Source: Octopus sinensis
Taxonomy: Eukaryota
Length of the DNA stretch: 19,619 nucleotides
Reading direction: 5' to 3'
Assembly: GCF_006345805.1 (NCBI RefSeq)
Contig: NW_021824179.1
Span: 1 to 19,619 of the forward strand
Below, piece after piece: positions 19,128-19,619 of the stretch (within the stretch, counting starts at the first letter, position 1; each line of letters starts with the position of its first letter). A model generated the notes under the pieces. The model worked only from the letters and a program-made list of their open reading frames with translations. It was not told where the DNA came from and ran no database searches. The position numbers and the translations under genes were made by a program.

Positions 19128-19380
19128 ATACTGATAATTAAGTAGTGAGGGTGTTCGGGATGTGTGATATGACGTCAGTGAATCAACCCGCCCCACCCCC
19201 ACCACCACGCCATCGTCCATATCCCAAACTTTCGTTTGTCGGGAGATATCACTTCACCCGACCCCACGACGAAAGAGGGAAACAATGAGGAAGCGAACCT
19301 TCGAATTCCTCTCATAAACGTTTACTCTGTTCAAGTATTTAGTTTTCTCTTTCTTAGAACTAGTGGTATGCCGTGCACCA

Positions 19381-19408
19381 ATACACACACACACACACAC
19401 ACACACAC
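19381..19408. repeat. (CA)n microsatellite
   Basis: Direct reading. Confidence 0.97.
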
Positions 19409-19468
19409 AATGAAAACTGACGTTAAATGATAATGATGATCATGATCATGATCATATGTATAAGGTCT

Positions 19469-19619
19469 AAGGTGGCGAGCTGGCAGAAACGTTAGCACGC
19501 CGGGCGAAATGCTTAGCGGTATTTCGTGTGGCGTTACGTTCTGAGTTCAGATTCCGCCGAGGTCGACTTTACCTTTCATCCTTTCGGGGTCGATAAATTA
19601 AGTACCAGTTACGCACTGG
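19469..19619 (+). mobile_element. SINE family A, runs off the window end
   Basis: aaggtggcgagctggcagaaacgttagcacgccgggcgaaatgcttagcggtatttcg ... taccagttacgcactgg. Confidence 0.93.

Overview
This is eukaryotic, AT-rich, repeat-saturated non-coding DNA, probably an intron or intergenic region. The SINE families and the dense (TA)n/(ATT)n/(TCTA)n/(GT)n microsatellites resemble those I recall from Octopus genomes; this is an inference, not a database result. I can support no intact host gene, and nearly all ORFs in the supplied track are microsatellite read-throughs or out-of-frame transposon remnants. Supported content: three tRNA-derived SINE families; LINE remnants (CR1-like, RTE, several Tx1/L1-like pieces, an R4/Dong-type restriction-like endonuclease 3' end inside a (TAA)n array); DNA transposon remnants (internally deleted piggyBac, two Tc1/mariner fragments); Penelope-like terminal-repeat pieces; and several unannotated inverted-repeat elements. 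The best second-look items are a 541-bp TIR element with a 9-bp TSD that splits a mariner ORF, a 193-bp near-perfect hairpin, a degenerate minimal hammerhead ribozyme, a SINE that twice ends immediately before GGTAT and appears inserted into its own family, a SINE tail shared with an adjacent LINE remnant, and a tRNA-like unit with extended inverted flanks. I see no convincing new multi-gene system. The novelty here lies in transposon architecture and targeting. Alignments and translations were done by eye, so boundaries are approximate unless defined by a TSD.
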